From: an uncultured Sulfurimonas sp.
Lineage (GTDB): Bacteria; Campylobacterota; Campylobacteria; Campylobacterales; Sulfurimonadaceae
NCBI GenBank assembly: GCA_964642985.1
Contig: CAZXSD010000002.1
Span: 3,117-67,116, forward strand
Direction: 5' to 3'
DNA: 64,000 nt
Shown here piece by piece: positions 10,855 to 20,391 of this stretch (the stretch's first letter is position 1; each line of letters begins with the position of its first letter). The position numbers were made by a program, and so were the translations under genes. Below the pieces are notes generated by a model, which did no database searches, had not been told where the DNA came from, and saw only the letters and a list, made by a program, of their open reading frames with translations.

Positions 10855-11947
10855 TCTTAATAATCCTACAAACTCTTTGAACATCCTGTTGAGTCATCAT
10901 TGTTCCACTTGCTACACAAAGCCCATGAGAAAACAGTTCTTCACTCACTCCATTTAAGATAGCTTTTGTCTCTTTAAAAAGAGGCTGTTGATGCATAGGT
11001 TTCCAAAGTGGTCTTGATTCACAACCATCTTCATTTAATCTCTCTATTACTCTAAAAATATCTTTTGTTTTATCTTTAAATATAAAAGTTGTAAGCCATC
11101 TATTTCCATAGCTATTTTTAAGTTCTGGCATAAAATCAACAATTTCGGATAACTCCTCTCTATACCACTCAAATATCTCTCTTTTTTTACTCACTCTATC
11201 ATCAATAACTTCCATCTGTGCAACACCTATTGCCGATAAAACATTACTCATACGGTAGTTATAGCCTATCTCATTATGTTCATAATAGAGAACGTCCTCT
11301 TTTGCTTGTGTTGCATAAAATTTTGCTTTTTCAATCCACTCTCTATTTTCACTCACAAGCATACCACCACCGCTTGTTGTTAAAATCTTATTTCCATTAA
11401 ATGAAAATATTCCAAAATCTCCATAAGTTCCACTCTGTTTATTATTATAGGTTGCACCTAAAGATTCTGCTGCATCTTCTATTAAATAAACTCCATGCAC
11501 TCTACAAATATCTGCAATTTTTTCTATATCGGCTACTTGTCCATAAAGATGAGTCACTATCAAAGCTTTTGGCTTTTTTTCACAGCTTAATAAATATCCA
11601 TTTAAAAGCTTAGGGTCCAAGTTCCAGCTTTCATAATCACTATCTATAAAGATAGGATTTGCATTTTGATATAAAACGGGAGCAACAGAGCCTATAAAAG
11701 TAAAAGTAGAAACTAAAACATCATCATCTTTACCAATCCCTAAAACACGAAGAGCTAAGTGAATAGCAGCCGTTCCTGATGTTACAGCTAAAGCATTTGA
11801 TGTTTTTGTATAACTCACTATTGACTCTTCAAATCTATTTATAAAACTCCCTATGGGAGCAATATAATTACTTTGAAACACTTCATCTATATATTTTTGT
11901 TCATTACCACTCATGTGAGGTGGTGATAGGTATAGTTGTTTTTTCAT
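10847..11947 (-). CDS. pglE: UDP-4-keto-6-deoxy-GlcNAc aminotransferase (DegT family, PglE-like)
   Basis: LSPPHM N-terminus, EDAAESLG, SFNGNKILTTSGGG, RPLWKPMH. Confidence 0.88.
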   Translation of the reverse strand: MKKQLYLSPPHMSGNEQKYIDEVFQSNYIAPIGSFINRFEESIVSYTKTSNALAVTSGTAAIHLALRVLGIGKDDDVLVSTFTFIGSVAPVLYQNANPIFIDSDYESWNLDPKLLNGYLLSCEKKPKALIVTHLYGQVADIEKIADICRVHGVYLIEDAAESLGATYNNKQSGTYGDFGIFSFNGNKILTTSGGGMLVSENREWIEKAKFYATQAKEDVLYYEHNEIGYNYRMSNVLSAIGVAQMEVIDDRVSKKREIFEWYREELSEIVDFMPELKNSYGNRWLTTFIFKDKTKDIFRVIERLNEDGCESRPLWKPMHQQPLFKETKAILNGVSEELFSHGLCVASGTMMTQQDVQRVCRIIKSA

Positions 11948-11950
11948 TTT

Positions 11951-12538
11951 TTATCCTCTAATCGTTTTAATAATATAATATAAATCTTTCATAAAGCTCC
12001 ACCCCTCAATATACTCCCGATTTATCCGAACCTTATCAACCCAAATAACCCTATCATTATACTCTTGAGGATTATCTTGCTTTGCTAAAATTTCCTCTTC
12101 ATTTTTATACTTAATAGAAGCAGGTCCAGTTATTCCAGGTCGGATAGATAAAATAATTCTATCATCACCCTCTAACTTATCAGCATACCCCTCAACATCT
12201 GGACGAGGTCCTACAAAACTCATATCTCCTAAAAGAATATTGATAAACTGAGGAAGTTCATCTATCTTTGTATCTCTAAAAAACTTACCACTTTTTGTAA
12301 TGCGAATATCAGTTGAAGCTGTTATAGTAGTATCAACACCTTCCACTTTTTTCATAGTTTTTATCTTGATAACATTAAAAAGTTTTCCATATCGCCCTAC
12401 TCTTTTTTGAAAAAAGAAACCATTTGATTTTGTTTCTATTGAGGCTATTATCCAAGCAAGTAAGATAATCCACCAAATAAGAGATAATCCAATCAAAGCT
12501 AATAAAATATCAAATCCAAATTTTAAATTATTATTCAT
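11951..12538 (-). CDS. pglC: Monotopic phosphoglycosyltransferase (PglC/WcfS family)
   Basis: KIDELPQ, GDMSFVGPRP, RPGITG motifs. Confidence 0.8.
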   Translation of the reverse strand: MNNNLKFGFDILLALIGLSLIWWIILLAWIIASIETKSNGFFFQKRVGRYGKLFNVIKIKTMKKVEGVDTTITASTDIRITKSGKFFRDTKIDELPQFINILLGDMSFVGPRPDVEGYADKLEGDDRIILSIRPGITGPASIKYKNEEEILAKQDNPQEYNDRVIWVDKVRINREYIEGWSFMKDLYYIIKTIRG

Positions 12539-13726
12539 CTAAAAAAGCTCCCTATATTTTTTTGCCAACTCTTTATAGGTAAAATATTTTAAAACATACT
12601 CTTTAGCATTTTTACCTAAGATATTTCGTTCCTCTTCACTCATACTATACAATTTTAAAATAGCCTCTTTTATCTCTGTTTCATTATTTGCTTCTACTGT
12701 TATTCCACATTGTGCTTTTTGAATAATATCACCTGCACCTGAAAAAGCGTTTATGATAGGTTTTGCACTTAACATATAATCAAAAATTTTATTTGCTGAT
12801 GTTCCATATCTATATAAGCTTTCTTTATTCCATCCTAAAAAACATATATCAAAAAGCTCTAACATAGATGGGACTTGATTTTTATCTATCGCATCTATAA
12901 ATATAATATTTTCACTTTCAAACTCTTTTTTAAGTCGTTCTCTCTCATTACCTTTTCCAACTATTACAAAAACTATCTCTTTTTTTTCTTTTAAAAGTGT
13001 TGCAGACTCTAAAAAACTATCAAGTGCATTTGCAATACCAATAGAACCTGTATAGCCTACTATAAACTTATCTTTTGGAATTTTATCGGCTATCTCTTTA
13101 TTTAATAGTTTGGTATCTCTTACAGAATCTAAATCTATACCGTTACTTATCCACGAAAATTCTCGTTCTATATTTAGATTTTTTATATGTTCTCCATAGT
13201 TTTCTAAATTAGAAACTATAAAATCTGATTTTTTCAAAGCAAATTTCTCAAACCAGCCCATAAACTTTATGAAAAGATGAGTAGATTTAAACCCTCCAAC
13301 CTCAACTAAACTTAAAGGCCAAATATCTTTAACTTCAAAAATGAGTTTTGCTCTATAAAATTTTGAAAGAATCCAAGCTGGTAATATAGAAAATGGTGCG
13401 ATAGAGGAGACAATAATAACATCAGGTTTTTTAGTTCTAAAAGGTAAAGAGAGAAGTTTAAACATAAACCAAAACCATTTTAAAACTCTTTTTTTATTGT
13501 GAGAATCTCCATAATTAAAAGTTTTTAACCAAATGTACTCTATACCCTCTATCATCTCTCTTTTTTGAGTGGGTTGATTTTTAAAAAGATGGGAGTATGA
13601 AGAGCTTATAATAGTAACTTTACAATCAAGTTTTATAAGCTCTTTAGCAAGATAATAGTGACGAAACTCCATACCGTGATAGGGAGTTCCTGCATAATCA
13701 TTGATTATCCAAATATTTTTTGACAT
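12539..13726 (-). CDS. Glycosyltransferase family 4 (WbuB-like)
   Basis: EVKDIWP, YTGSIG, NKIFDYM motifs. Confidence 0.85.
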   Translation of the reverse strand: MSKNIWIINDYAGTPYHGMEFRHYYLAKELIKLDCKVTIISSSYSHLFKNQPTQKREMIEGIEYIWLKTFNYGDSHNKKRVLKWFWFMFKLLSLPFRTKKPDVIIVSSIAPFSILPAWILSKFYRAKLIFEVKDIWPLSLVEVGGFKSTHLFIKFMGWFEKFALKKSDFIVSNLENYGEHIKNLNIEREFSWISNGIDLDSVRDTKLLNKEIADKIPKDKFIVGYTGSIGIANALDSFLESATLLKEKKEIVFVIVGKGNERERLKKEFESENIIFIDAIDKNQVPSMLELFDICFLGWNKESLYRYGTSANKIFDYMLSAKPIINAFSGAGDIIQKAQCGITVEANNETEIKEAILKLYSMSEEERNILGKNAKEYVLKYFTYKELAKKYRELF

Positions 13727-15823
13727 CTATATTTTTAACTTATAAACTTTTGCTAATGGGTTTAAAATAACTGGTTCAAAGAGAGAGCTATCATATTGTT
13801 CAAGTACAAACATCTGTATAAATAGTGAATCATACATCGTTTGGTCTAAAACAAGAAACTGATTGTAACTTTTCATAAAAACTACACTTATTGGAGAGTT
13901 TCTATCGAGTCTTTGAACATTTACTTGTAATTTGCCTTTCTTATCATATTGTGTTACTACAAAATTATTGATAGGAATATTTTGTTTACCTATTTTTATC
14001 GTCCCTTTTTCTTTTAATATAGATATATTATTTCCTAAGTTAATATTTTTTCCATCATCTTTAAATCCTCTTGATGTATAGAAAAATGGTCTCGCTTTTT
14101 TCTTTCCTGTCGTTAAATCTAGGTTTGAAAAAAGTGCTACTGTTGGAAGGATATTTAACATTCTATTTGGGAGATATATAAAAATATCTCTTGTTTTTTC
14201 AGGAAGTTTATAATCACCTAGACTTAACTCATCTAATATCATATTTGGATTAACTTGGTTCTCTTTTTTATTGTTAAATATCTCATTTGCTACTATCTTA
14301 TAATCACTACTTACATAACTCTCAACTGCTAATCGTGAAAGATTGGCTGCTTGTGTTTGTGAAGATGTATTTAAAATTTGTGAGATGATAAAGTTATCGT
14401 TATTATGTTTACCACCATCTATAAGTGTATTTGTATTTGAGTAATACCAAATCGGATAACCATAATCCCACCACGCTAAAGTATAATCTTTGGGCGTAGA
14501 TATAGATTTGAGTTCATCAAGTATCTCTACTTCTGCTTTATTAAATACAGTTGGAACTTTGTAGCCTATAATATGAGTGATATTTGGATAAAGCATCATA
14601 GCTGTTAATGCAGAGATTAAAAGATATTTAGCTCTTTTATCTGCTACAAAAGATGCGATAACATAAAATAGATATATACTACTCATAGCAGCAATAGGAA
14701 CAGCATATACAGTAAATCTCAATCCACCCCAAAGTGAGAAAACACCTATACCGATAAGAGGAAGTGCCAAAATAAATGGTCTATATTTTATAACCAATAA
14801 AACATATCCAACGAGTGCCGTAATAACACCTAATGTACTTCCACTTATTCTATTTGCCATCGTTGAAAAAGGGATAGTTCCAGCTTCTCGTACTGTCTGT
14901 TTTACTTGAAAAAAGTGTAAACCCTCCGCTTCAGTTCCTCTAAAGAGATACGTTGAAAATTTTGCCCAAATAATCCCGACAACGTTTCCACTTATTAAAA
15001 AAGCTACAACTATAACTACTGAAGCTATCACTAACTGTTGTAAAGGGAATACTCTATTTTTAAGCAGATAATAGGTAGCTCCAATCATTACCAGCTTCAA
15101 TAAAGATGGAATACCAAGTAACGCAATAGCTATTAAGATAATAGACTGATAAGTAAACTCCTCTTTTCTATGAAAAAGAACCATATACCCCATATAGATA
15201 AGACCTATCGCATAAACAATAGAAAGTCCTGCATCATAAAGAAAAGGATATATTAAGATAGCTAATGCTGAGTAGAGTGCATTATTTAAACTCTCCTCTT
15301 CGATAGTTTTCATCAAAAAGAAAAGAATAAACATCGGTGCCATTGCTGAGAACATATCGGTATCGTAATACCCTATCATAGTACGGTTATAGTAACTCCA
15401 AGCGATACTTCCTAAAAGTGCAGCAAAAAATCCCCATAGAGTTAGGTTGTATAAACGTGCAATCAAGATAATAGGAATAACCACCATACCAGATATAAGT
15501 GCTGGTAGATAAAGTATAACGGTATCTAAACTAAAAGGTGTAATTTTAACTATCACATAAGTAAAAAATACTGCACCATATTCAAACATACTCATAACAC
15601 GTGGGTTATTTTCAAACTGATTTGTCAGCTCATTTAAAGCACTACTTGCCCATAGATAACCATCGTTTGTGTTTATCATCAGTTGGTCGTTCCAATAGAA
15701 GTTTTCATATCCGTTGAATTGGTAAACCCATATTAGGCGTATTGCTATACTAAATAGGTAGGCTGTTGCTATAAGTATTAGTAGGTACTTATTGCTTATG
15801 TTTTCTTTTTGTAGGTTGTACAT
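13727..15823 (-). CDS. pglB: STT3-family N-oligosaccharyltransferase
   Basis: NTNDGY, RTMIGYYDTD, TVRE, WWDYG and DGGK motifs; multiple TM helices. Confidence 0.96.
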   Translation of the reverse strand: MYNLQKENISNKYLLILIATAYLFSIAIRLIWVYQFNGYENFYWNDQLMINTNDGYLWASSALNELTNQFENNPRVMSMFEYGAVFFTYVIVKITPFSLDTVILYLPALISGMVVIPIILIARLYNLTLWGFFAALLGSIAWSYYNRTMIGYYDTDMFSAMAPMFILFFLMKTIEEESLNNALYSALAILIYPFLYDAGLSIVYAIGLIYMGYMVLFHRKEEFTYQSIILIAIALLGIPSLLKLVMIGATYYLLKNRVFPLQQLVIASVVIVVAFLISGNVVGIIWAKFSTYLFRGTEAEGLHFFQVKQTVREAGTIPFSTMANRISGSTLGVITALVGYVLLVIKYRPFILALPLIGIGVFSLWGGLRFTVYAVPIAAMSSIYLFYVIASFVADKRAKYLLISALTAMMLYPNITHIIGYKVPTVFNKAEVEILDELKSISTPKDYTLAWWDYGYPIWYYSNTNTLIDGGKHNNDNFIISQILNTSSQTQAANLSRLAVESYVSSDYKIVANEIFNNKKENQVNPNMILDELSLGDYKLPEKTRDIFIYLPNRMLNILPTVALFSNLDLTTGKKKARPFFYTSRGFKDDGKNINLGNNISILKEKGTIKIGKQNIPINNFVVTQYDKKGKLQVNVQRLDRNSPISVVFMKSYNQFLVLDQTMYDSLFIQMFVLEQYDSSLFEPVILNPLAKVYKLKI

Positions 15824-15841
15824 TTTTTTCCTTTATTATGT

Positions 15842-16429
15842 TTATATATCATTTATTCTCTTTGCAAAAGCACTAACTTCATCGTCAAAATAAGTTAATA
15901 TTTCATCAATTTCATTAAAAATAAAATTATAATTGTCTTTATTTAAAACTTTTTCATAATGAAAAACTCTATTTCTAAAGTTTCTTATATGATTTAGTTC
16001 TTTATAAATAATTTCTCTACTTGTGAACTTAATATTTTTAGAAGGTAAGTTTGGAAATATTTTTTTCAAATCATTTATTCTAAGTTTCTTTTCATAAGGT
16101 TTTTTAAATAGATTGACCCAAAATCCAAATGACAATTCAGCAATAATTTTATGTTTGGAAATTTTCTCTTTTTTCATATTTAAAAGTTCTATTGCTTTCA
16201 TCACTTTATACTTACTATCCTTGGTCAAAAAATTATCTTTTTCATACCAATTAAAACCAACTTTTTCACTTAATAAAGTATCTATGGCATTTCTAAGACT
16301 CACTTCAAGTATTGACAAAGGAATATATGATTTTTTTGAAAAAATAAGGTTTTCTTCATATTCAAGTAAATTTTTATAACTACCAAGTCTATTATCACTT
16401 ATAAACTTCTCTATTAAGTTATTATTCAT
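15842..16429 (-). CDS. Abi-like HEPN protein (Abi_2/AbiD-AbiF-related), compact
   Basis: LEVSLRNAI, IIAELSFGFW and intact HEPN R-x4-H motif RNRVFH; RBS AAGGT upstream. Confidence 0.8.
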   Translation of the reverse strand: MNNNLIEKFISDNRLGSYKNLLEYEENLIFSKKSYIPLSILEVSLRNAIDTLLSEKVGFNWYEKDNFLTKDSKYKVMKAIELLNMKKEKISKHKIIAELSFGFWVNLFKKPYEKKLRINDLKKIFPNLPSKNIKFTSREIIYKELNHIRNFRNRVFHYEKVLNKDNYNFIFNEIDEILTYFDDEVSAFAKRINDI

Positions 16430-16440
16430 ATAAAGTACCT

Positions 16441-16446
16441 TATAAT
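16441..16446 (+). promoter_or_regulatory. Candidate -10 box for a small RNA divergent from the Abi gene
   Basis: Perfect TATAAT ending 7 nt before the first base (G16453) of a structured segment. Confidence 0.5.
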
Positions 16447-16452
16447 TTTATT

Positions 16453-16512
16453 GTAATTCCCTTGTAAGTCTATGCCCTTTGAGGTATAGCCGAGGGTACT
16501 GAACTTCTTTTT
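16453..16512 (+). ncRNA. Candidate small structured RNA (putative antitoxin of the Abi/HEPN protein)
   Basis: CCCUUG(16459-64)/CGAGGG(16491-96) and CUAUGCC(16470-76)/GGUAUAG(16483-89) stems, each with a G-U pair that only works on the + strand; GUA/UAC closing; U-rich tail. Confidence 0.5.
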
Positions 16513-16530
16513 CATACACGATAAATTCAA

Positions 16531-17172
16531 CTAATTTATGTTACTCTCTTCCACCATCTCTATAATCTTATTTTTCATAAACAGTAAATTTCTATAAATC
16601 CCTTTCAAATCATTAATATTTACACAATTAAAAGTACGACTCACAAAATATTGATATTTATCCACTCCTAGCTTTTCTAATATTACAAAACTCTAGTTTT
16701 CTCCTATAATGTAAGCACCTTTCATCATAGTTTCATTATTCAGTTCTATGGCACTTATAAGCTCTGCTAAAAGTTGTGGTTCAGGATTTGTACTCACAAA
16801 ACCTTTTTTAAACTCTTGAATAAAAAAATAGGGCTTTTCACTTTTTATTAATCCTTTTGACACAACCATATCGGTACGACCATTAAAAATAAATCTATCG
16901 GTTTCATATCTTAAAGGCTCGTGATAAAAATTTCTTATATTATTTTTAAACATAAAATAATCAACTTTATGAATTAAAGGGACAATAAAATTAACTTTTA
17001 AATCCTCTTCATCATAAAGATTTATCAATTTTATATTTTTACGAATAAGCTCTTTTAAAAAGAGTTCTAAATCATTATCAACAATAATTTTATTATTAAA
17101 CCAAATATCAAAGATAGTATCGTCTAATAAATTCATCTTAATATCTACCAAACTTTTTAACTCTTCACTCAT
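16531..17172 (-). pseudogene. PD-(D/E)xK-like nuclease-family gene interrupted by an in-frame TAG
   Basis: GRTD...FFIQEFKKG...QLLAELI motif set. After GAYIIGEN-TAG (16693-95) the frame stays open for 53 protein-like codons (SFVILEKLGVDKYQYFVSRTFN...) to a TAG at 16531-33. Confidence 0.65.
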
Positions 17173-17175
17173 ATT

Positions 17176-18306
17176 TTATCCCCATAAATTATTATAAACA
17201 TTCAATAAATTCTTTTCTTGCTCTTCCCAATTATAAATCTCTTTAACTTTTTGGATATTTTCTTCTAATACAATTCTATCTAAACTTTTAGCTTTTTTTA
17301 TAGCATTTCCTAGTCCATTACTGCTATTCTCTCTAAGAACTACTCCTATCTCATACTCCTCTACTACCTTTTTCATCTCAAAAAGATTAGAAACAATAAT
17401 AGGAATATCAGCCATCGCATACTCAAACATCTTATTTGGTAAACAGTATCGGTAACTTAAACAGCTATCTTCTATAATTGAAAGCCCAAAATCTGTACTG
17501 CTTGTATAGTCTAACAATATATCGGGAGATACAGCTTTATGAAAATAGATATTTTTATACTCTTTAGCAGTAGTTTTTACCAACTCCTCTAACTCTCCAT
17601 ACCCCATAAAAACTACTACACTTTTGTTATCTTGCATCTGTTTAAAGGTTTCAAAAACTATCTCTATCCCTCTTCCTTTACTTAATGCCCCTTGATATAA
17701 AAAAATTGTCTGTTCTTTTTTTATACTAAAAACTTCTCTAAATATATCTTTTTTTTCTATCTTTTGAAAGGCTGGAGTATTTAAAACTAATGCAGGTTTC
17801 TCTATATTATAAAGTTTAACATATTCATCTGCTATTGCATTACTTACACATATTGTAGCATCTGCATATTTTATTAAAAACTTTTCTGCTATTTTAGTTA
17901 TAGTTTTATTTATACCCTTTAATCCATTTATTTCAGTTTCATACTCGTGTGCATCATAAACTATTTTTATATTTTTATTGTAAAACTTTTTGATTATAAA
18001 GCCAATAGGTAAGGTGTTTAAATCGTTACAATGGAGAATATCAAAATTTTTACAGTAATTTACACTTTGTTTCAGATAAGAGAGATATATCTTTAATTTA
18101 GATAACTTACTTTTAGTGACTTTTCTATCAAGATAGGCAAAACGTCTAACTATAAAGTTTTCTTGCTCTTCATACTCTTTTAAATTTTTATCTCCGTGGG
18201 CAATTACCTCAACTTTGTAACCTGCATTTGAAAGAGAGATTGATTCTTTGATTACTCGACTGTCGTTTGTGAATGGGTTGAAGACTATGTTTGCTATTTT
18301 TACCAT
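17176..18306 (-). CDS. Glycosyltransferase family 4
   Basis: DSRVIKE, YDAHE, YQGAL..GRG, LPNKMFEY. Confidence 0.88.
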   Translation of the reverse strand: MVKIANIVFNPFTNDSRVIKESISLSNAGYKVEVIAHGDKNLKEYEEQENFIVRRFAYLDRKVTKSKLSKLKIYLSYLKQSVNYCKNFDILHCNDLNTLPIGFIIKKFYNKNIKIVYDAHEYETEINGLKGINKTITKIAEKFLIKYADATICVSNAIADEYVKLYNIEKPALVLNTPAFQKIEKKDIFREVFSIKKEQTIFLYQGALSKGRGIEIVFETFKQMQDNKSVVVFMGYGELEELVKTTAKEYKNIYFHKAVSPDILLDYTSSTDFGLSIIEDSCLSYRYCLPNKMFEYAMADIPIIVSNLFEMKKVVEEYEIGVVLRENSSNGLGNAIKKAKSLDRIVLEENIQKVKEIYNWEEQEKNLLNVYNNLWG

Positions 18307-19088
18307 TTGATACCCTCATAAACTCTTTTTATATTATCAATCGTATTACATCTAATACTAGTTCTCCACTGTCTAGGGTGAGACAACATACAAATAATAT
18401 TTTTATCTCCTATATACTCAAAAATCGAATTGGGTGAATAAAATTGAGGGTAGGCTCTATCTGATACATATATATCAAAACTTTCCATTATATTTTTATC
18501 ATAAGTTTCACATTTTATGCCAAGCTCTACTCGAAGCTCTTTATCTTTTATAATTTCATTATTAATAACATTTAATTTTCTATTTATAAAATCACCATGA
18601 GAACAGACACTACTTAACTTATATCCCAGTTTTTCTTCTATCATTTTAAAATTTGATTTAAATATATCTTTAATATTTTCCATTTCTGTAATAACATCAT
18701 CTTTAGATTTTATATGATTATCCTTACAATACTGAGCAATCTCTTCAAAATGATAACTTGCTTCACTCCCATACTCTTCAATCTCTTTCATAAATTCAAA
18801 ATCTAATGTAGATAATCTAAAATAATAACTTGCTTTTAAATTATATTTTTTTTCTATTTTAAAAAACTCTTTTGCTGTTGCTATATCCGTATCTATGTCG
18901 TGTCTATTTATAAAATATTTATTTTTTTTTAACTCATTATTATCCAATAACTCTTTATACTCTCTTAGTGCTATATGTTTATAGCCATTATCACTCAACT
19001 TTTTTAGCATCCTCTCATATTCACGAAGTCGTGATAACATCAAATAATCACCATAAATTCTATTTTTTATTGTTGTTACAATAGCCAT
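18300..19088 (-). CDS. Polysaccharide deacetylase-like protein
   Basis: RHDID, SYH, SHG and HP..W motifs resembling NodB-like barrels found in polysaccharide loci. Confidence 0.55.
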   Translation of the reverse strand: MAIVTTIKNRIYGDYLMLSRLREYERMLKKLSDNGYKHIALREYKELLDNNELKKNKYFINRHDIDTDIATAKEFFKIEKKYNLKASYYFRLSTLDFEFMKEIEEYGSEASYHFEEIAQYCKDNHIKSKDDVITEMENIKDIFKSNFKMIEEKLGYKLSSVCSHGDFINRKLNVINNEIIKDKELRVELGIKCETYDKNIMESFDIYVSDRAYPQFYSPNSIFEYIGDKNIICMLSHPRQWRTSIRCNTIDNIKRVYEGIKW

Positions 19089-19098
19089 CTATACTTCT

Positions 19099-20391
19099 TT
19101 AAATTATTTTTGGATTATAAAATTTTATAAACTTATCCATATACTCAATGCCTGTTAAATCTAATAAAATTGTTTTACATCCAAATTCAACACCTTCATA
19201 AATTGCAGTTGAAAATACTCCAACTTGATATTGAGATGTTGCAAATAGTTCATACAATAATAATTCATCTTTAACTACTATTATATTTGATAAACGATTT
19301 AATTCCACCAAAGATGAATAGGATTTCCATCTTTCATACTCACCTGGGTGTAGCTTATATATTATCTCATACTGCTCAAAAAAATCAAAATTATCTAATA
19401 TTTTTTTTGCTATTTTTTCACCTATAGCACCTTGAGATAAGATAAGCATCTGATTTTGTTTTTTTTCTAAATGTATATACTTTTTTTTCTCTTTTTCTAA
19501 ATATCTAAATCTATCAATAATTATATCTTTATTTTCTATTGGGAGTTTTATCATTGTTTTCCAAAACTCATTCCAAACTAAAAATTTATGAGGAAAATAT
19601 TCAAGAGTTTCAATTCTCTGTGGATAACTATATCCCAAATGATATTCACTAAATATACCATGTTGCAACTCATAAACTTCAATACTACTATCTTTTGCTG
19701 CTTTTATAAAAGAGCTCATCATATAGGCATTTACAATATAGATATTCTTTGCTTCTGTTCTCTTCAAAAAATATCTATATAATTTATATTCTATCTTAAA
19801 TCTTACGATAGATTTTATTAGATAATTAGATAAATTAAATTTTATATCTAATAATGTTTCAATCTCATTCTCTACAACTTTTAAAAAATTTATTTGACTT
19901 TTTGTAATATTGGCTCTATTTAAGAAGATATAGATTTTAGATGATAAATCAATCCAATCACTATAGTATGTATACTTTTTTATCTGTTTATAATGCTTAC
20001 CTAAATATGGCTGTTCAAACTCAATAACACTTCTAGTCTTTATAAGCTCATCAAGAAAATATTTACTATAAATATCAATCTCTCTATCATTAATTTTTGA
20101 AACTCTTTTTCCAGAAACGATAACAACTTCTGCTTTAAAAATATTAAAAGGATTATACTTTACACTATTAATAAAATAAGAGAATAATGAAGAGAACTTA
20201 TCTTTAATACTCATACTAGCTTGTGCTTGATTTAGTATTTTCAATTCTAATGCCAAAGTATAATATATACTCATTCTTTGACTCTGCCATGGCTTAACAC
20301 CATCAATCTCTAAATCAAGTAAATTATATTTACCCTCTAAATACCAAATAAATGCACAAAGTTCTTTAATAGATGTTGGTTTATTTTTCAA
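19099..20391 (-). CDS. Putative CMP-nonulosonate/ulosonate transferase (GT-B fold)
   Basis: ELQHG, YKLHPGE (HP motif) and GVFSTAIYE; adjacent to neuA/neuB-like genes. Confidence 0.55.
   Translation of the reverse strand: MKNKPTSIKELCAFIWYLEGKYNLLDLEIDGVKPWQSQRMSIYYTLALELKILNQAQASMSIKDKFSSLFSYFINSVKYNPFNIFKAEVVIVSGKRVSKINDREIDIYSKYFLDELIKTRSVIEFEQPYLGKHYKQIKKYTYYSDWIDLSSKIYIFLNRANITKSQINFLKVVENEIETLLDIKFNLSNYLIKSIVRFKIEYKLYRYFLKRTEAKNIYIVNAYMMSSFIKAAKDSSIEVYELQHGIFSEYHLGYSYPQRIETLEYFPHKFLVWNEFWKTMIKLPIENKDIIIDRFRYLEKEKKKYIHLEKKQNQMLILSQGAIGEKIAKKILDNFDFFEQYEIIYKLHPGEYERWKSYSSLVELNRLSNIIVVKDELLLYELFATSQYQVGVFSTAIYEGVEFGCKTILLDLTGIEYMDKFIKFYNPKII

Noticed and set aside
16693-16695. TAG recoding (pyrrolysine or programmed read-through)
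   Set aside because: TAG is used as a normal stop by many genes here and no pyl genes are visible; a point mutation is simpler.
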